In this document: one piece after another, positions 43,182-53,931 of the stretch | How positions within the stretch are numbered: position 1 is the first letter of the stretch | How the letters are laid out: the number at the start of each line of letters is the position of its first letter | NCBI GenBank assembly: GCA_003707115.1 | Contig: PPNB01000008.1 | Location: forward strand, 248,001 to 312,000 | DNA length: 64,000 nucleotides | DNA from: Tortispora ganteri | Taxonomy: Eukaryota | Direction: 5' to 3' | Made by a program: the position numbers and the translations under genes | Notes under the pieces: generated by a model | Database searches by the model: none | Told to the model about the DNA's origin: nothing | What the model saw: the letters and a program-made list of their open reading frames with translations, nothing else

Positions 43182-43260
43182 TATTTACCTAGCATTTTCC
43201 CCCGGACCCGCAAACTTATATACACACTCTGTACATATTCAAGTTGCCCACATACTAGTG

Positions 43261-44847
43261 TCATATGTAGTTCTGATCTTGTGCTTGATACCTCGCAGAG
43301 GCCCATTCACGTTTGATGCGATCAGCTTCAAGAATACCTGTGTTCTCCTTGCTAGAATAGTCTGTATTCGCATCAGAGCGAGTTATGCGCGTTTGCATAT
43401 GGTACGTGTTCTCGATGTCAGACATAGCCGTATTACGTTCGCGCACGCTCATATTTGTGGGCATATTAGAGGCTGTTGGTGATGATATGGAAATTAAATT
43501 GAACCCGGAAACTCCTTGACGCGGGCTACGGCTTGAGCGGTCAGCGTAGGCGTCCGATGCAGTGCTGGTATCGCATTCAACAGAACGGATACCGGCAGTA
43601 CTATACCGGTCAAAGCAGCTTTGTGCATCCGATTCTGTTTCATCCTTAAAAAGAAGCAAATCGTTCAAGCTCTCTATAATATGCTTTACCATATCATCTA
43701 TGTCTTCGGAATTGACATCAGTGGTATTTCGCGAGCAGAGTTCAGAAACAGCGGCACCAGTGTCCGAGTCTTCAATGGGAGTCAGGGCGTCCGCTAAACG
43801 CATACCATGTTCTGCAATTATACTGTCCTTTCTGGCTTTATTGGCCATAGACGTGAAGTACAATTGCAAGGCCTTACGAAGACTGTTGTGGGTGACAATG
43901 AAGAGCTGGTTCCAAGCCATGCTTTCCTGTATTTGTAGTCGTTCGTATTCTTGTTCTAAGACGCGCAACTTTTGAGCAGAAAAATGCGGGTTGGCTTTGG
44001 CCTTCGCTATGTCCTGCATGGACGCATTGCTCGATTTTTGGATTGGCGATATGCTGGATTCAGTGTCGCGGATCAGCTTAAGCTCCGCGCGGTAACGGTC
44101 CAGGTCTTTCGCGAAAATCGCGTCAGTATTAGACGATTGCACAAATAGCGTACGCATACCTTCTGTAACAGCAACTACAGAATTATCAACACAGCGGGAG
44201 CCCCATTCAGCAAACGCTCTGCTGATTTCGTGGCGGGCGGCAGCGGCATTGCGGATATCGTCCTGGTAGTACTTTTCCTGCTTGATTATGTTGAAGAGGC
44301 GATGAGACATTGATGGCATTGTGGATCGGCGAATCGGGTCAATGAGATACTTAGTCGCCATACGAGAGAGAGAAGATTTTGGACGGCTCAGCTTAGTTTC
44401 TTCGTAGGGAGGGATCACGCCTCGTCCAGAGCGAGCCGGTTGGCCGTACCCGGGAGAAACAGAGACCGCCGTGCGGATAGACCTTACAAATCCACTGGAT
44501 CTGGATTTGGGTGGATTCTGCGCACAGGAATAGGTAGTAGTGCTGGCGGATATTGGTATGCGTAATGGCGAGACAGGAGATGTGAAGTTGCATTGGTATT
44601 CGGTATTGGTAGCAAGAGGGGTAGAGCAGGATGGGCTGGCAGAGTCTGGTCGTTGTGTAGGATCACGGAAATTATCAGTATAAGTAGATTCAATATCAGA
44701 TGCATCATGAGAAGCACGTTTGCCGAGATCAGATAACCCGCGAATGCCGTCATTGAACGAAAAGGGATGCATAAGCGGCTGTGTAATGATGGGGAAGTGC
44801 GTTGTGAGTAAACGAAAGAATGGGGGTGTAGCGAAATCAGTAAACAT
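43261..44847 (-). CDS. Divergent Pil1/Lsp1-family BAR-domain protein
   Basis: IIKQEK, AFAEWG, DRYRAELKLIRDTESSISP, KLRVLEQE; start may be 44772. Confidence 0.75.
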   Translation of the reverse strand: MFTDFATPPFFRLLTTHFPIITQPLMHPFSFNDGIRGLSDLGKRASHDASDIESTYTDNFRDPTQRPDSASPSCSTPLATNTEYQCNFTSPVSPLRIPISASTTTYSCAQNPPKSRSSGFVRSIRTAVSVSPGYGQPARSGRGVIPPYEETKLSRPKSSLSRMATKYLIDPIRRSTMPSMSHRLFNIIKQEKYYQDDIRNAAAARHEISRAFAEWGSRCVDNSVVAVTEGMRTLFVQSSNTDAIFAKDLDRYRAELKLIRDTESSISPIQKSSNASMQDIAKAKANPHFSAQKLRVLEQEYERLQIQESMAWNQLFIVTHNSLRKALQLYFTSMANKARKDSIIAEHGMRLADALTPIEDSDTGAAVSELCSRNTTDVNSEDIDDMVKHIIESLNDLLLFKDETESDAQSCFDRYSTAGIRSVECDTSTASDAYADRSSRSPRQGVSGFNLISISSPTASNMPTNMSVRERNTAMSDIENTYHMQTRITRSDANTDYSSKENTGILEADRIKREWASARYQAQDQNYI

Positions 44848-45041
44848 AGGGTTAGGTTTATTTATAGGAACGAGATACGCGAAGAGTAGTTATCGTATGT
44901 TTGGTGAGGTGTGACAGACTATACAAGGTCCTAAGAAAATAAAAGGTATTTCTTCAGTGATATTCAAGACATTCAGTGAAATATACTGAAAGATACAACC
45001 TTTGGACGAGGCTGAAAAGTGGACTGCACATCTCAGAGGCA

Positions 45042-45662
45042 TTAGTCGACCTTGAGACCTGTTGTTTTCGCAATGAATTTGCGCACACTGGACACGCCTG
45101 CGCTGATTTTAGAGGTCGCCTTTTGCGATATTTCTTCTGTCTGAACAGCCACGTTCTTTATCGTTGAATCGGCTTGAAGTTGAGCCTCGATAACAGAGGC
45201 AGGTGCATGCTCTTTTTCTATATTCCAAAGCAAAGTCTTCGTATTGGAAAATGTGTTCGGCATAGTGTATGCAAATACCGCAGTAGCAAAAACTGGCGGA
45301 GCCAAGACTCTTACAGGGAATGGGCGGGCTCTGGCAAAAATCGACCCAGAAAGACCGGCCACGATAATGTAGACAGCGGACGAAAGGAGCGGCTCATCGC
45401 GGTCCTTAAGACTTGCAATTACTGCAGTGGTTTTCTTCTCTTTAGATACAAAGCTTGCAACCCAGCTATCGATCTTATTCTCAGCGGCTTGCAGCTTTCC
45501 AGCGGTCCAAAGTCTAGCCTGGTGAACGGAATCCATCAGGTTGGGCACCTCTTCCGGTTTAACAAATGCGTGCACCGGGGCTCCAGGGGCCAAAGGTTCT
45601 GCTTTTGTACCCTGTGAAGAATTGGTATCAGCTACTACTTCTTCGTCGTAAAATGGCTTCAT
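45042..45662 (-). CDS. MICOS subunit, apolipoprotein-O family (Mic26/Mic27)
   Basis: KPFYD, EPLLSSAVYIIVAGLSGSIFARAR, MPNTFSN. Confidence 0.88.
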   Translation of the reverse strand: MKPFYDEEVVADTNSSQGTKAEPLAPGAPVHAFVKPEEVPNLMDSVHQARLWTAGKLQAAENKIDSWVASFVSKEKKTTAVIASLKDRDEPLLSSAVYIIVAGLSGSIFARARPFPVRVLAPPVFATAVFAYTMPNTFSNTKTLLWNIEKEHAPASVIEAQLQADSTIKNVAVQTEEISQKATSKISAGVSSVRKFIAKTTGLKVD

Positions 45663-46113
45663 AGTCGTAACAAAAAAGTAGAGTGGTGTGTTGTAGTTGG
45701 TTCGGCTCGGTTTAAAGATACGGTATTGAGTAATGGTAATTGGGGTTAGGGCAACATGCTACCTCGCACAGGTGAAGCTTATGGTGCAAGAATGTAGTAG
45801 ACGCTGAAAAAAAAATGTAGTATTGCATGTAAATATGAAGGTCGAGTTATATCAGACGTGGTACTACTACTGAAAACAGCGGACACCAGATGGTGTAGCA
45901 GTGGGCAATAACGCCAGTGCTAAGCGATGTTCGAGCAGTGTACCAGGATGGTATGTAAGTGCATGAGAAAAGAATAAAAAACAAGTGCTGAGAGTTGATA
46001 TAGAATAATCATCTAAGCGATTAAGCGCTAAAGCAGATAAACCGCCTATTAGTTTGTAGATTTTTGTAAAAAAAAAAACAATTCTAGCTACGTATGACGG
46101 CACCTTTTAGGAT

Positions 46114-46586
46114 CTAGGATTTGTAAGCAGGTAGGTACGGTGAGGTGCCTTCTTGGTAGTTATTAGTTCCTGCGTTGTAACCGCCTGCGTATCCATTAGA
46201 TGGAGACGATTGATTGCCGTAGTACCCAGTATTAGAGCCAGTTGGAGGTTGCTGATACCCTTGCGGGGCAGTGTTTTGATAGCCATTATTCTGGTAGCCT
46301 GGATATTGGCCGTATTGAGGTTGAGCAGGAGGTTGATAAGGTGGCGGGCGTCCTATATTAGTATAAGGAATGACACTCTGACCGCGCTTACGGCGATAAA
46401 AAGCGCACGCAAAGAATAGAACGGCTAGAAAGCAACATATTCCAACCACAACCCATCTGCCCCATGAGTACCAACTACTGTTATCGTAGTCTTTCATTAG
46501 TTAGTATTTTCGATCGATAAAAGGAGAAAGGCGAAGATGTTTTTTTAATGTTTCAAATTTTAATAATACTTACAGTAATAAACCAT
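46114..46586 (-). CDS. Rcr1/Rcr2-like PY-motif membrane protein (exons 46574-46586 and 46114-46490)
   Basis: RWVVVG TM, RRKRG, PPPY; intron 46491-46573 (GTAAGT...TACTAAC...AAG) gives in-frame MVYYYYDNSSW. Confidence 0.8.
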
Positions 46587-46789
46587 TGTAATTTTCAATC
46601 GATTTGTTTGCTGTAATAGCGCTTAAAAGTGCTAGATTGTGTGTTAGCGGAATAAGGCGATTCAGTCAAACGTGGGATGTGGGGGGTATCAGTGGTAAAA
46701 GTAGGGTTTTTGTAGTACCGTTTCGTGCTTTTCATTTTGAGTTTCTGTCACATTCGCAGTCTTAGCTCATAAGTTTAGTTGCTCTCGGC

Positions 46790-47194
46790 CTGGCAAATCT
46801 TGGGGAAAGCCAAGCCTCATTGTTCAGGTGGTCATCAAGCTTGCGAAAGGACCCTGAAATTGCTGTAAAATGACTTCCATAAATGGGAACTGCAAGCGGA
46901 CACATCACATAAACATATTAAGCAAATTTCCGAGTAGTGTTAGACAGTATGAGAAGTTATCGATCACATTTTGCACCTTTACGAGGGCATCGCATGCGCT
47001 AGTCATCCGATGGGCGATTATTGTAAGACTGACCAATCACAGCCACCGCAGCAGACCATAGTCCCAACTCGAACCGTAAATTATGTAGTTCGTATCATCG
47101 AGTCTGTCGATCGTTCACCGCAAGTTGTTCACCAGTGAGCTGAACAACTTACGAGGGCATTGTTATAACCAAGGTTTCTTCTAAGCATTTTTTG
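46790..47194 (+). ncRNA. Candidate structured non-coding RNA (family unassigned)
   Basis: Several hairpins, including a perfect 10-bp stem at 47122-47150; ends in ATTTTTTG; boundaries uncertain. Confidence 0.3.
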
Positions 47195-47376
47195 TATAAT
47201 TAACAAAGCGTGAGTCATTGTGCTTGAAAAAATTTACTACTGTCGGTCAAACCCAAACTGATAAATGGTGTTCAATTAGAGTTGGTTGTTAGTAGAAAAA
47301 AAAACTCCCCAGTTTTTGAATATGCTCTGTTTCGATTAATACATAAGAACTCCGAACGTTCCGCTCAACGCTAACG

Positions 47377-47553
47377 ATGACATCAGTATCAGATTCAAAG
47401 CCAAAACAGGCCCCAAAACCCTGCTGTGTATGTTTAGATGAAAAGTCTGCTCGGGACGACTGCATGTTGAAGTTTCCTGACGGCGACGTAAAGTGCAAAG
47501 ACTTGATAGAAGCCCACAGAAAGTGCATGAAAGGTTACGGCTTCCAAGTATAG
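47377..47553 (+). CDS. COX17: Copper chaperone Cox17 (58 aa; below ORF-track cutoff)
   Basis: Manual translation MTSVSDSKPKQAPKPCCVCLDEKSARDDCMLKFPDGDVKCKDLIEAHRKCMKGYGFQV; KPCCVC plus twin CX9C. Confidence 0.96.
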   Translation: MTSVSDSKPKQAPKPCCVCLDEKSARDDCMLKFPDGDVKCKDLIEAHRKCMKGYGFQV

Positions 47554-47633
47554 AGAAACTAGACGAGACAAGGTATCTCTTCATTTTGCCCTATAAGCGG
47601 CTAATATCTGTAAATAGTACCATAATTAGCATA

Positions 47634-49241
47634 TCACTTGCTCTTGCTTTTGTGTTTAATGAAGTCATCTTTTATCACTGAGATCATATAGCCATGCAAA
47701 AAAATCCATGTAACTAGTAGTCCAGCACAAGTCTGCACAACATTGGCAACCACAAAAAGATCAGGCCATTTTGCAGGGGGCACAACTAGCTCCTCTGCAA
47801 CAAACGTTACCATCATCCCCAGATAACTCAAAGATACAGGCACTCTGAGCAGAATTGATCGCGGCATGAATGGCATTCTTCGATCTATGAACAAGAAGTT
47901 CCACAATGCCCATGTGACCCAGAATTGTAATTGAAGCTTGTCTAGCTGCATTAGTGGCCAGAGACTGAAAGTAGATAAATTGGTGAACCATACAACCATA
48001 GAACCTAACTCGAGATCAGGTCTGACATCGCAGAGCATTAGCAGTAGTGGCATCAATGGAAGAAGTATTGATTTCTCGTGCACTTGAAACGAGAACAGAA
48101 AAAAAGACAAAGAACAAGAAGCAAGAGCAGGTACAAGAAGACGGTTCCGAACTCTTACGGGACTGAAAAAGATAAATACACAAGAGGGCAAGCCAGCAAC
48201 AGCGGTGGCAATCAAGCTTAAAAGCTTAAGATCTTCGTGGTCAAAACGTTCGCGAATTTTTATAATTGCATTCGCAGCACACCATACAGAAGCGACTTTT
48301 CCTTCCCATAGGCCGCGCTCGAAGGGGAAAATTCTGTGCAGAGCCTGGAAAAACTGTGTAGATATAGTTGCGATCGAGGCGCCATCTGATAAAACAATTG
48401 GCGCAAAGATGCAAACAAAAGTAGAGACAGTTATGAAACCAATACCCAGAAACCTTCCAAGGTCAATATAAAGTGGACGAAATGAGATAACACACTGTCC
48501 TAAAAGGTATGCAAAAACCACTGGAGCGTAGAATAGTGCCATTTGTTTGTAACAAAGAGACATTACGAACACCATAGATCCAAAAAGGTAGTTTCGATAG
48601 AGGAAATTACAAATGGCAAAAAGAGCAAACCCTAGCATTACAGAGTTGTACTGAAAATGACCATGATCAATGAGTAACATCGGTGGCGCTAAGAGTATAG
48701 CGCCGAGTGTCACGTTGCGGTGAAGGTCGTGCTGCCGCTTGTAGGAGAGATACCAGAGCAGCGGAGGGATATACACCATTAGTTCCGAGAAGACTACTGT
48801 TGCACGCATATAAGTCTTCAATTGGGGATCATCAAGAGCGCGGGAGGTATTAAGTGCAAACCATTTGGGGTTAATCAGTGAACCCACTACACCTAGTATG
48901 TATGAATGATAGGCAGTGAGAGGAGGGTAATCCAGACCCCACCACTGTAGATCATAAAAGTACCATCGGTTAATAGGAAGATGTGTTGTTATTTCCATCC
49001 AATGGCGTTGTGCTTCAAAGTCACCGTGCATTGGATCAATCTGGTAACCTGAATATGGGCCTAAACCTATTGCGAACTTTATGGTCATACTGATTAGAAG
49101 GATCATGACGGTTGTGGATCCTCGAGCCGAGGGGAAGAAAGGTTTGAGAAAATTCATAAAATTTGAAGATCGTTCATTAGGAGTAGCTTTCATATTCATA
49201 GCCGAACCAGCAGGTTTCAAATGGCCTGTAAACGTAGCCAT
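47634..49241 (-). CDS. ALG6: Dol-P-Glc alpha-1,3-glucosyltransferase
   Basis: GDFEAQRHWMEIT, WGLDYPPLTAYHS, LIDHGHFQYN, FSFQVHEKSIL. Confidence 0.97.
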   Translation of the reverse strand: MATFTGHLKPAGSAMNMKATPNERSSNFMNFLKPFFPSARGSTTVMILLISMTIKFAIGLGPYSGYQIDPMHGDFEAQRHWMEITTHLPINRWYFYDLQWWGLDYPPLTAYHSYILGVVGSLINPKWFALNTSRALDDPQLKTYMRATVVFSELMVYIPPLLWYLSYKRQHDLHRNVTLGAILLAPPMLLIDHGHFQYNSVMLGFALFAICNFLYRNYLFGSMVFVMSLCYKQMALFYAPVVFAYLLGQCVISFRPLYIDLGRFLGIGFITVSTFVCIFAPIVLSDGASIATISTQFFQALHRIFPFERGLWEGKVASVWCAANAIIKIRERFDHEDLKLLSLIATAVAGLPSCVFIFFSPVRVRNRLLVPALASCSLSFFLFSFQVHEKSILLPLMPLLLMLCDVRPDLELGSMVVWFTNLSTFSLWPLMQLDKLQLQFWVTWALWNFLFIDRRMPFMPRSILLRVPVSLSYLGMMVTFVAEELVVPPAKWPDLFVVANVVQTCAGLLVTWIFLHGYMISVIKDDFIKHKSKSK

Positions 49242-49342
49242 GTCGTGAATGAAGAGTGCGACTTTCAGTTGTAGTTAGTGGTTGTCAAGGCATACTAACT
49301 ACACTTAACCACAACCACCACTACAAGACAAAAGCGGCGATA

Positions 49343-50167
49343 ATGGAAAGCGTCGCGCGAAAGTTCCGGAATGATCAAAAAAACGACGAATTAAACCTTC
49401 ATAAAAATAATATGGTACCTGAATTTGAGATACCTTTAGTTCCGAATCCATCTGAATTCTTACGAGCTCACACTGACGATTCGAAAAACCCCGATTGTGC
49501 TATTAAGATAGCTCACGGTACCACCACACTTGCTTTCAGATTTCAGGGTGGTATCATAGTGGCTGTGGATTCTAGAGCTACTGCTGGTAACTGGATTGCG
49601 TCACAAACAGTTAAAAAAGTGATTGAAATCAACCCGATGCTGCTTGGCACTATGGCTGGTGGTGCTGCCGACTGTCAGTTCTGGGAATCGTGGTTAGGAT
49701 CCCAATGTCGCATGCACGAACTCCGCGAGAAGGAGCGCATAACGGTGTCTGCCGCCAGCAAAATGTTATCAAATTTGGTGTACCAATATAAGGGCATGGG
49801 CTTGTCTATGGGAACCATGATATGCGGCGTTACAGCTCGTGAGGGTCCGGCCATCTACTACGTCGATTCCGATGGAACTCGTCTCAAGGGAGATTTGTTC
49901 TGTGTGGGATCTGGTCAGACTTTTGCTTACGGTGTTTTAGATGCTAATTACCATTGGGATTTATCCGTTGAAGAAGCACTTGCTCTTGGCAAGAGAAGTA
50001 TTCTCGCTGCCACCCACAGAGACGCATACAGTGGCGGATCTATTAATCTGTATCACGTCAAAGAAACTGGTTGGGTGTACCACGGTAATTACGATGTCGG
50101 AGACCTATTCTGGAAAACCAAAGAAGAGGAAGGATCTTTCTTAAATGTTCCCGTTGAATTAAAATGA
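49343..50167 (+). CDS. PRE2: 20S proteasome beta5 subunit
   Basis: [27 protein letters not shown] propeptide cleavage site; ATG at 49343. Confidence 0.98.
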   Translation: MESVARKFRNDQKNDELNLHKNNMVPEFEIPLVPNPSEFLRAHTDDSKNPDCAIKIAHGTTTLAFRFQGGIIVAVDSRATAGNWIASQTVKKVIEINPMLLGTMAGGAADCQFWESWLGSQCRMHELREKERITVSAASKMLSNLVYQYKGMGLSMGTMICGVTAREGPAIYYVDSDGTRLKGDLFCVGSGQTFAYGVLDANYHWDLSVEEALALGKRSILAATHRDAYSGGSINLYHVKETGWVYHGNYDVGDLFWKTKEEEGSFLNVPVELK

Positions 50168-50308
50168 TTTTTTTACCGAACTCTGCATGTTTGAGAGGGC
50201 AACATAACCATGCCTTAAACACGCTGAGCCATGTTGCTATATAATGCTATATCCCTTCCCAAACTAGCAACAACGCATCTTCTTCCACGACACCTAAGCC
50301 CGCCCTAT

Positions 50309-52027
50309 ATGGACTTATTCACCGTAGAGTCTCTAGATGACGAATTAATTCCTGAAAATGAGAAATTGCAACTTATAAAATCTCAAGCAAAACCATCTAG
50401 ATGGAATTCTTATGAATTCTACTTTTACTATCTAATTTTCTTGTTAGCGGTCCCGCAGATGTTTATCATAGCATATCGTGCAACAGGACCCCACAATGAA
50501 ACATATATGTACATTGACCGACGTTTATCTGATGGTTGGTTCTTCGGCATGCGATTTGACAATTCTGATACTCAATATAGATCATTTAGAGGTAATTTTC
50601 CTGTCCTTGTAATTGTCATGACCGTCCATCAAATAGCGCGTCATCTGCTTAAAAGATACTCGCGAACCAGCTTTGACATAGGATTTGCTGCTGTCTTTTT
50701 AATTGCGTTGCATGGCATTAATTTTTTGAAAATTCTGGGTCTGGTTTATGGTGGCTATTGCATTGCAAATCGCCCCTGGAGCCATAGAACTATAAAATGG
50801 GTATCATGGATATATGGGTTGTCGTTGATTTTCCTAATTGACTGGTATGACGGCTTCTCATTCAAAGCCTTGTTCGGTTTAGATATAGACCATATTGTTG
50901 GCGGTTTACTTCCAAGTTGGGCTGTTCACTTCAACTTTGCAATGCTAAGAATGATTTCATTTACAATGGACTATCTTGAAGCACAATCCTCTTCAGACGA
51001 TATTGAGGTAAGTATTATTAACAACAGAAGTCGATGATGATGATGATATGCTGCGCTATTGCATTCATTATACTAACAATTGTCTCAACAGAAAAAAATT
51101 AAAGATGGGGTGCATATCTCTGAAAAAATCAGAGTCTCTACTCCTGCACATATCAAAGCCTATACTTTCCCGGCTCTACTTGCATACGTTACTTACACTC
51201 CTCTATACATTGCTGGTCCAATTATAACTTTCAATGACTACATATATCAAATAAACCATCCTATTCCACGCAACTGGACACATATTGCTAAATATGCTGT
51301 ACGTTATATTGTGTGTCACCTTACCATGGAAATATTACTGCACATAATACATCCGGTAGCTACAGTCAAAGCTGGTGCTTGGCTAGCTATTTCCGGCTCA
51401 GAAATCATGATGCTTGCATACTTCAATCTAGTTGTGACTTGGTTGAAACTGCTCATACCGTGGCGGTTTTTTCGATTGTGGGCTATGATTGATGGAATTG
51501 TTACTCCGGAAAACATGCTGCGGTGTATGAGCAACAACTATTCCGCTATGGCCTTCTGGCGTTCATGGCATAGAAGCTATAATAAATGGGTCTTACGATA
51601 CATTTATATACCATTAGGTGGCAGTAATAATACACTGCTTAATACGTTAATAGTGTTCACTTTTGTTGCGTTTTGGCATGACGTGCAATTGCGACTGTTC
51701 ATCTGGGGATGGCTAATTTCCCTGTTCATTTTGCCAGAATATATAGCACATGTGGTATTCCCTGTAAAATCATGGAGCAAGCGTTCTATTTACAGACATA
51801 TGTGTGCAGTTGGATCGGTGTTTAACATTGCTCTAATGATGACCGCCAATACTATTGGGTTTGTTGTGGGTCCAGATGCCCTCGAGAGTATGATGCAAAC
51901 AATATCGAACACCTCAAATTTATATCTACTGATTCCCACATTATTTGTGTGTCTTTTTGCAGGTGTTCAAGTGATGTATGAAGTGCGTGAATCAGAGATT
52001 AGACGTGGTATAAACTTGCGGTTCTAA
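50309..52027 (+). CDS. GUP1: MBOAT O-acyltransferase Gup1 (exons 50309-51007 and 51092-52027)
   Basis: DNSDTQYRSFR, PENMLRCMSNNYSAMAFWRSWHRSYNKW, FWHD; intron 51008-51091 (GTAAGT...TACTAAC...CAG) joins the two ORFs in frame; alternative ATG at 50231. Confidence 0.95.
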
Positions 52028-52072
52028 AACACCACACAACCTCCCATTCGACAATCACACAATTACAAAACC

Positions 52073-52456
52073 ATGAAGCTAGTGAAGTAAGTCCTACTGC
52101 AATTACTTATATAAAACAATTATCTAACAACTAGGTTTTTAATGAAATTGAATTCAGAAACAGTTCAAATAGAATTAAAAAATGGTACGGTCATATCGGG
52201 AACAATAACCTCCGTATCTCCTTCAATGAACACAACAATGAAAACAGTAAAAATGGCCATAAAAGACCGCGATCCTGTCGCTTTAGATTACATTAACATA
52301 CGAGGTAACACTATCAGATACATAATACTACCTGATGCATTACCACTCGATACTTTACTGATCGATGATGCACCAAAGAAGAAGAGCAATACGAGGCCAC
52401 AACCCGCACGGAAAACTCAGCGACCAATGAACCGCAAGCGACAATTACAACGATAA
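52073..52456 (+). CDS. SMD1: Sm protein D1 (exons 52073-52086 and 52135-52456)
   Basis: 48-nt intron GTAAGT...CTAAC...TAG restores [31 protein letters not shown]. Confidence 0.96.
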
Positions 52457-52533
52457 ATTCTATAACGACTAAACAATAATAGTACATTCTTTATTTCTGC
52501 ATGTTTTCTTTTTTTTTGAACAAAAAAATTTAT

Positions 52534-53842
52534 CTATTTGCATCGCTTCTCAACAATAGACGATCCAGCTTCTTCGTACTCTTTCTTAGAAATCCACATC
52601 TGATGAAATGTACCAAGACTAGATAGAACACTTCCACCTATCCAGCCTCCAAATTTTCTTTCTGAACTATTTCCTGCAGCGTAAATACGCACCTTAAGAC
52701 CAGGAAGAAGTGCGAACAATTCTTGCTGAACTCGTTCTGTAAAACCCTGAACAAGACTCGTCCCGCCAGTGATCACAATGTTGTACGCAAGATTCGCCCG
52801 TGCATCAACATCGCATGACATTATACTATCGTACACCATTTTCGCAGCGCCAACTGTGTCTTTAGGGACATCTATCACCGAATATCCTTTAGGGTCGAAC
52901 AGTGACTCGGAAGTAGTAAACCTGTCGGTAGTCACATTAATATTGTAGCCATCGGGAAACTCAAACGGGCGCGCAGGTCTTGTTTCTGCTCCTCCTTCGT
53001 TATATGGGACTTCCATTACCTGACATACGCTCTCTTTAAACTCATGGATGACCCTCTCCTTCTCCAAATTCAAGAAAGAATCTGTCAGTCCAAGCTCCGT
53101 AGCAGACTTGACCACTGCACTGTCGGCTGCCTGAAAGGGGTCAAGTTGGGCCGCTTTTTTTGACACGAGACAATACGGGGTAACCGTTATGTCTTGCGCG
53201 GCAAGTTTGGCAGCTATCTGTTTGCTCAAGTAATCGCCTCCCAAACTGTTGTGGAAACTGGATTTTTTTAAGATAAGCCCATCGTAGACGGGGGTAGCGC
53301 TCATTTGCTTGTGGCCGACATCGAGTACCAGCGCTGTCGCTTTACCTGCAGCGAAACTGGCACAGACAGAAGATCGCGCAAGGTAGAAAGCAGGAACTTT
53401 AAGCTCTTCAAATGCAATTTCAACTGCCTTTTTGCGATCAGCTATCGATGTCCATGCAGGTTCTGTCATCAACAATGGATGTTCCGAAAAAGAAACACCA
53501 AGCTTTTTCGTCACCGCGTAGTCCCATATCTTCACTGCGCCATCCCAATCGCTAACAAATCCGTCAGTCATAGGATTCGCCACTTCCGCACCAGATCGTG
53601 GAACATGAATATAATCGTCTCCAATAAATGGCGGGTCATGTACTACGTAATCTGTAGGTACTACTGCCTTAGGACTGTCTTCTCCAGCGAAACCAGCCCG
53701 CGTCCATTGCGACCCAGGATCCAGCACTATTGCAGAGATCTCATCTATACATTTGGTCAGCGCAGTTCTATATATAATATAGTAAGCTTTTAAATTTTAA
53801 GCACTTACCTCCTCCATAAACAGCGGGTGCCGGTGAGCTCAT
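52534..53842 (-). CDS. ARP4: Actin-related protein 4 (exons 53809-53842 and 52534-53744)
   Basis: Intron 53745-53808 (GTAAGT...CTGAC...TAG) restores VYGGDEISAIVLDPG; WIGGSVLSSLGTFHQMWISKKEYEE. Confidence 0.95.
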
Positions 53843-53931
53843 TTTCCTCTTTGTCACGAAAAAGGTGGTGTAAAGTGTAGGTTCACTTAGGTCCAAACCC
53901 AAGTCAACATCCCCTTTGGGACACCATTCAA

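Noticed and set aside
46566..46620. U1 5' end (ATACTTAC) or SRP Alu motif (GCTGTAATAGC)
   Set aside because: The first is the complement of an intron donor; the second has no helix-8 motif and meets an early T-run
50231..52027. GUP1 as a split gene or pseudogene
   Set aside because: A canonical 84-nt intron joins the halves in frame
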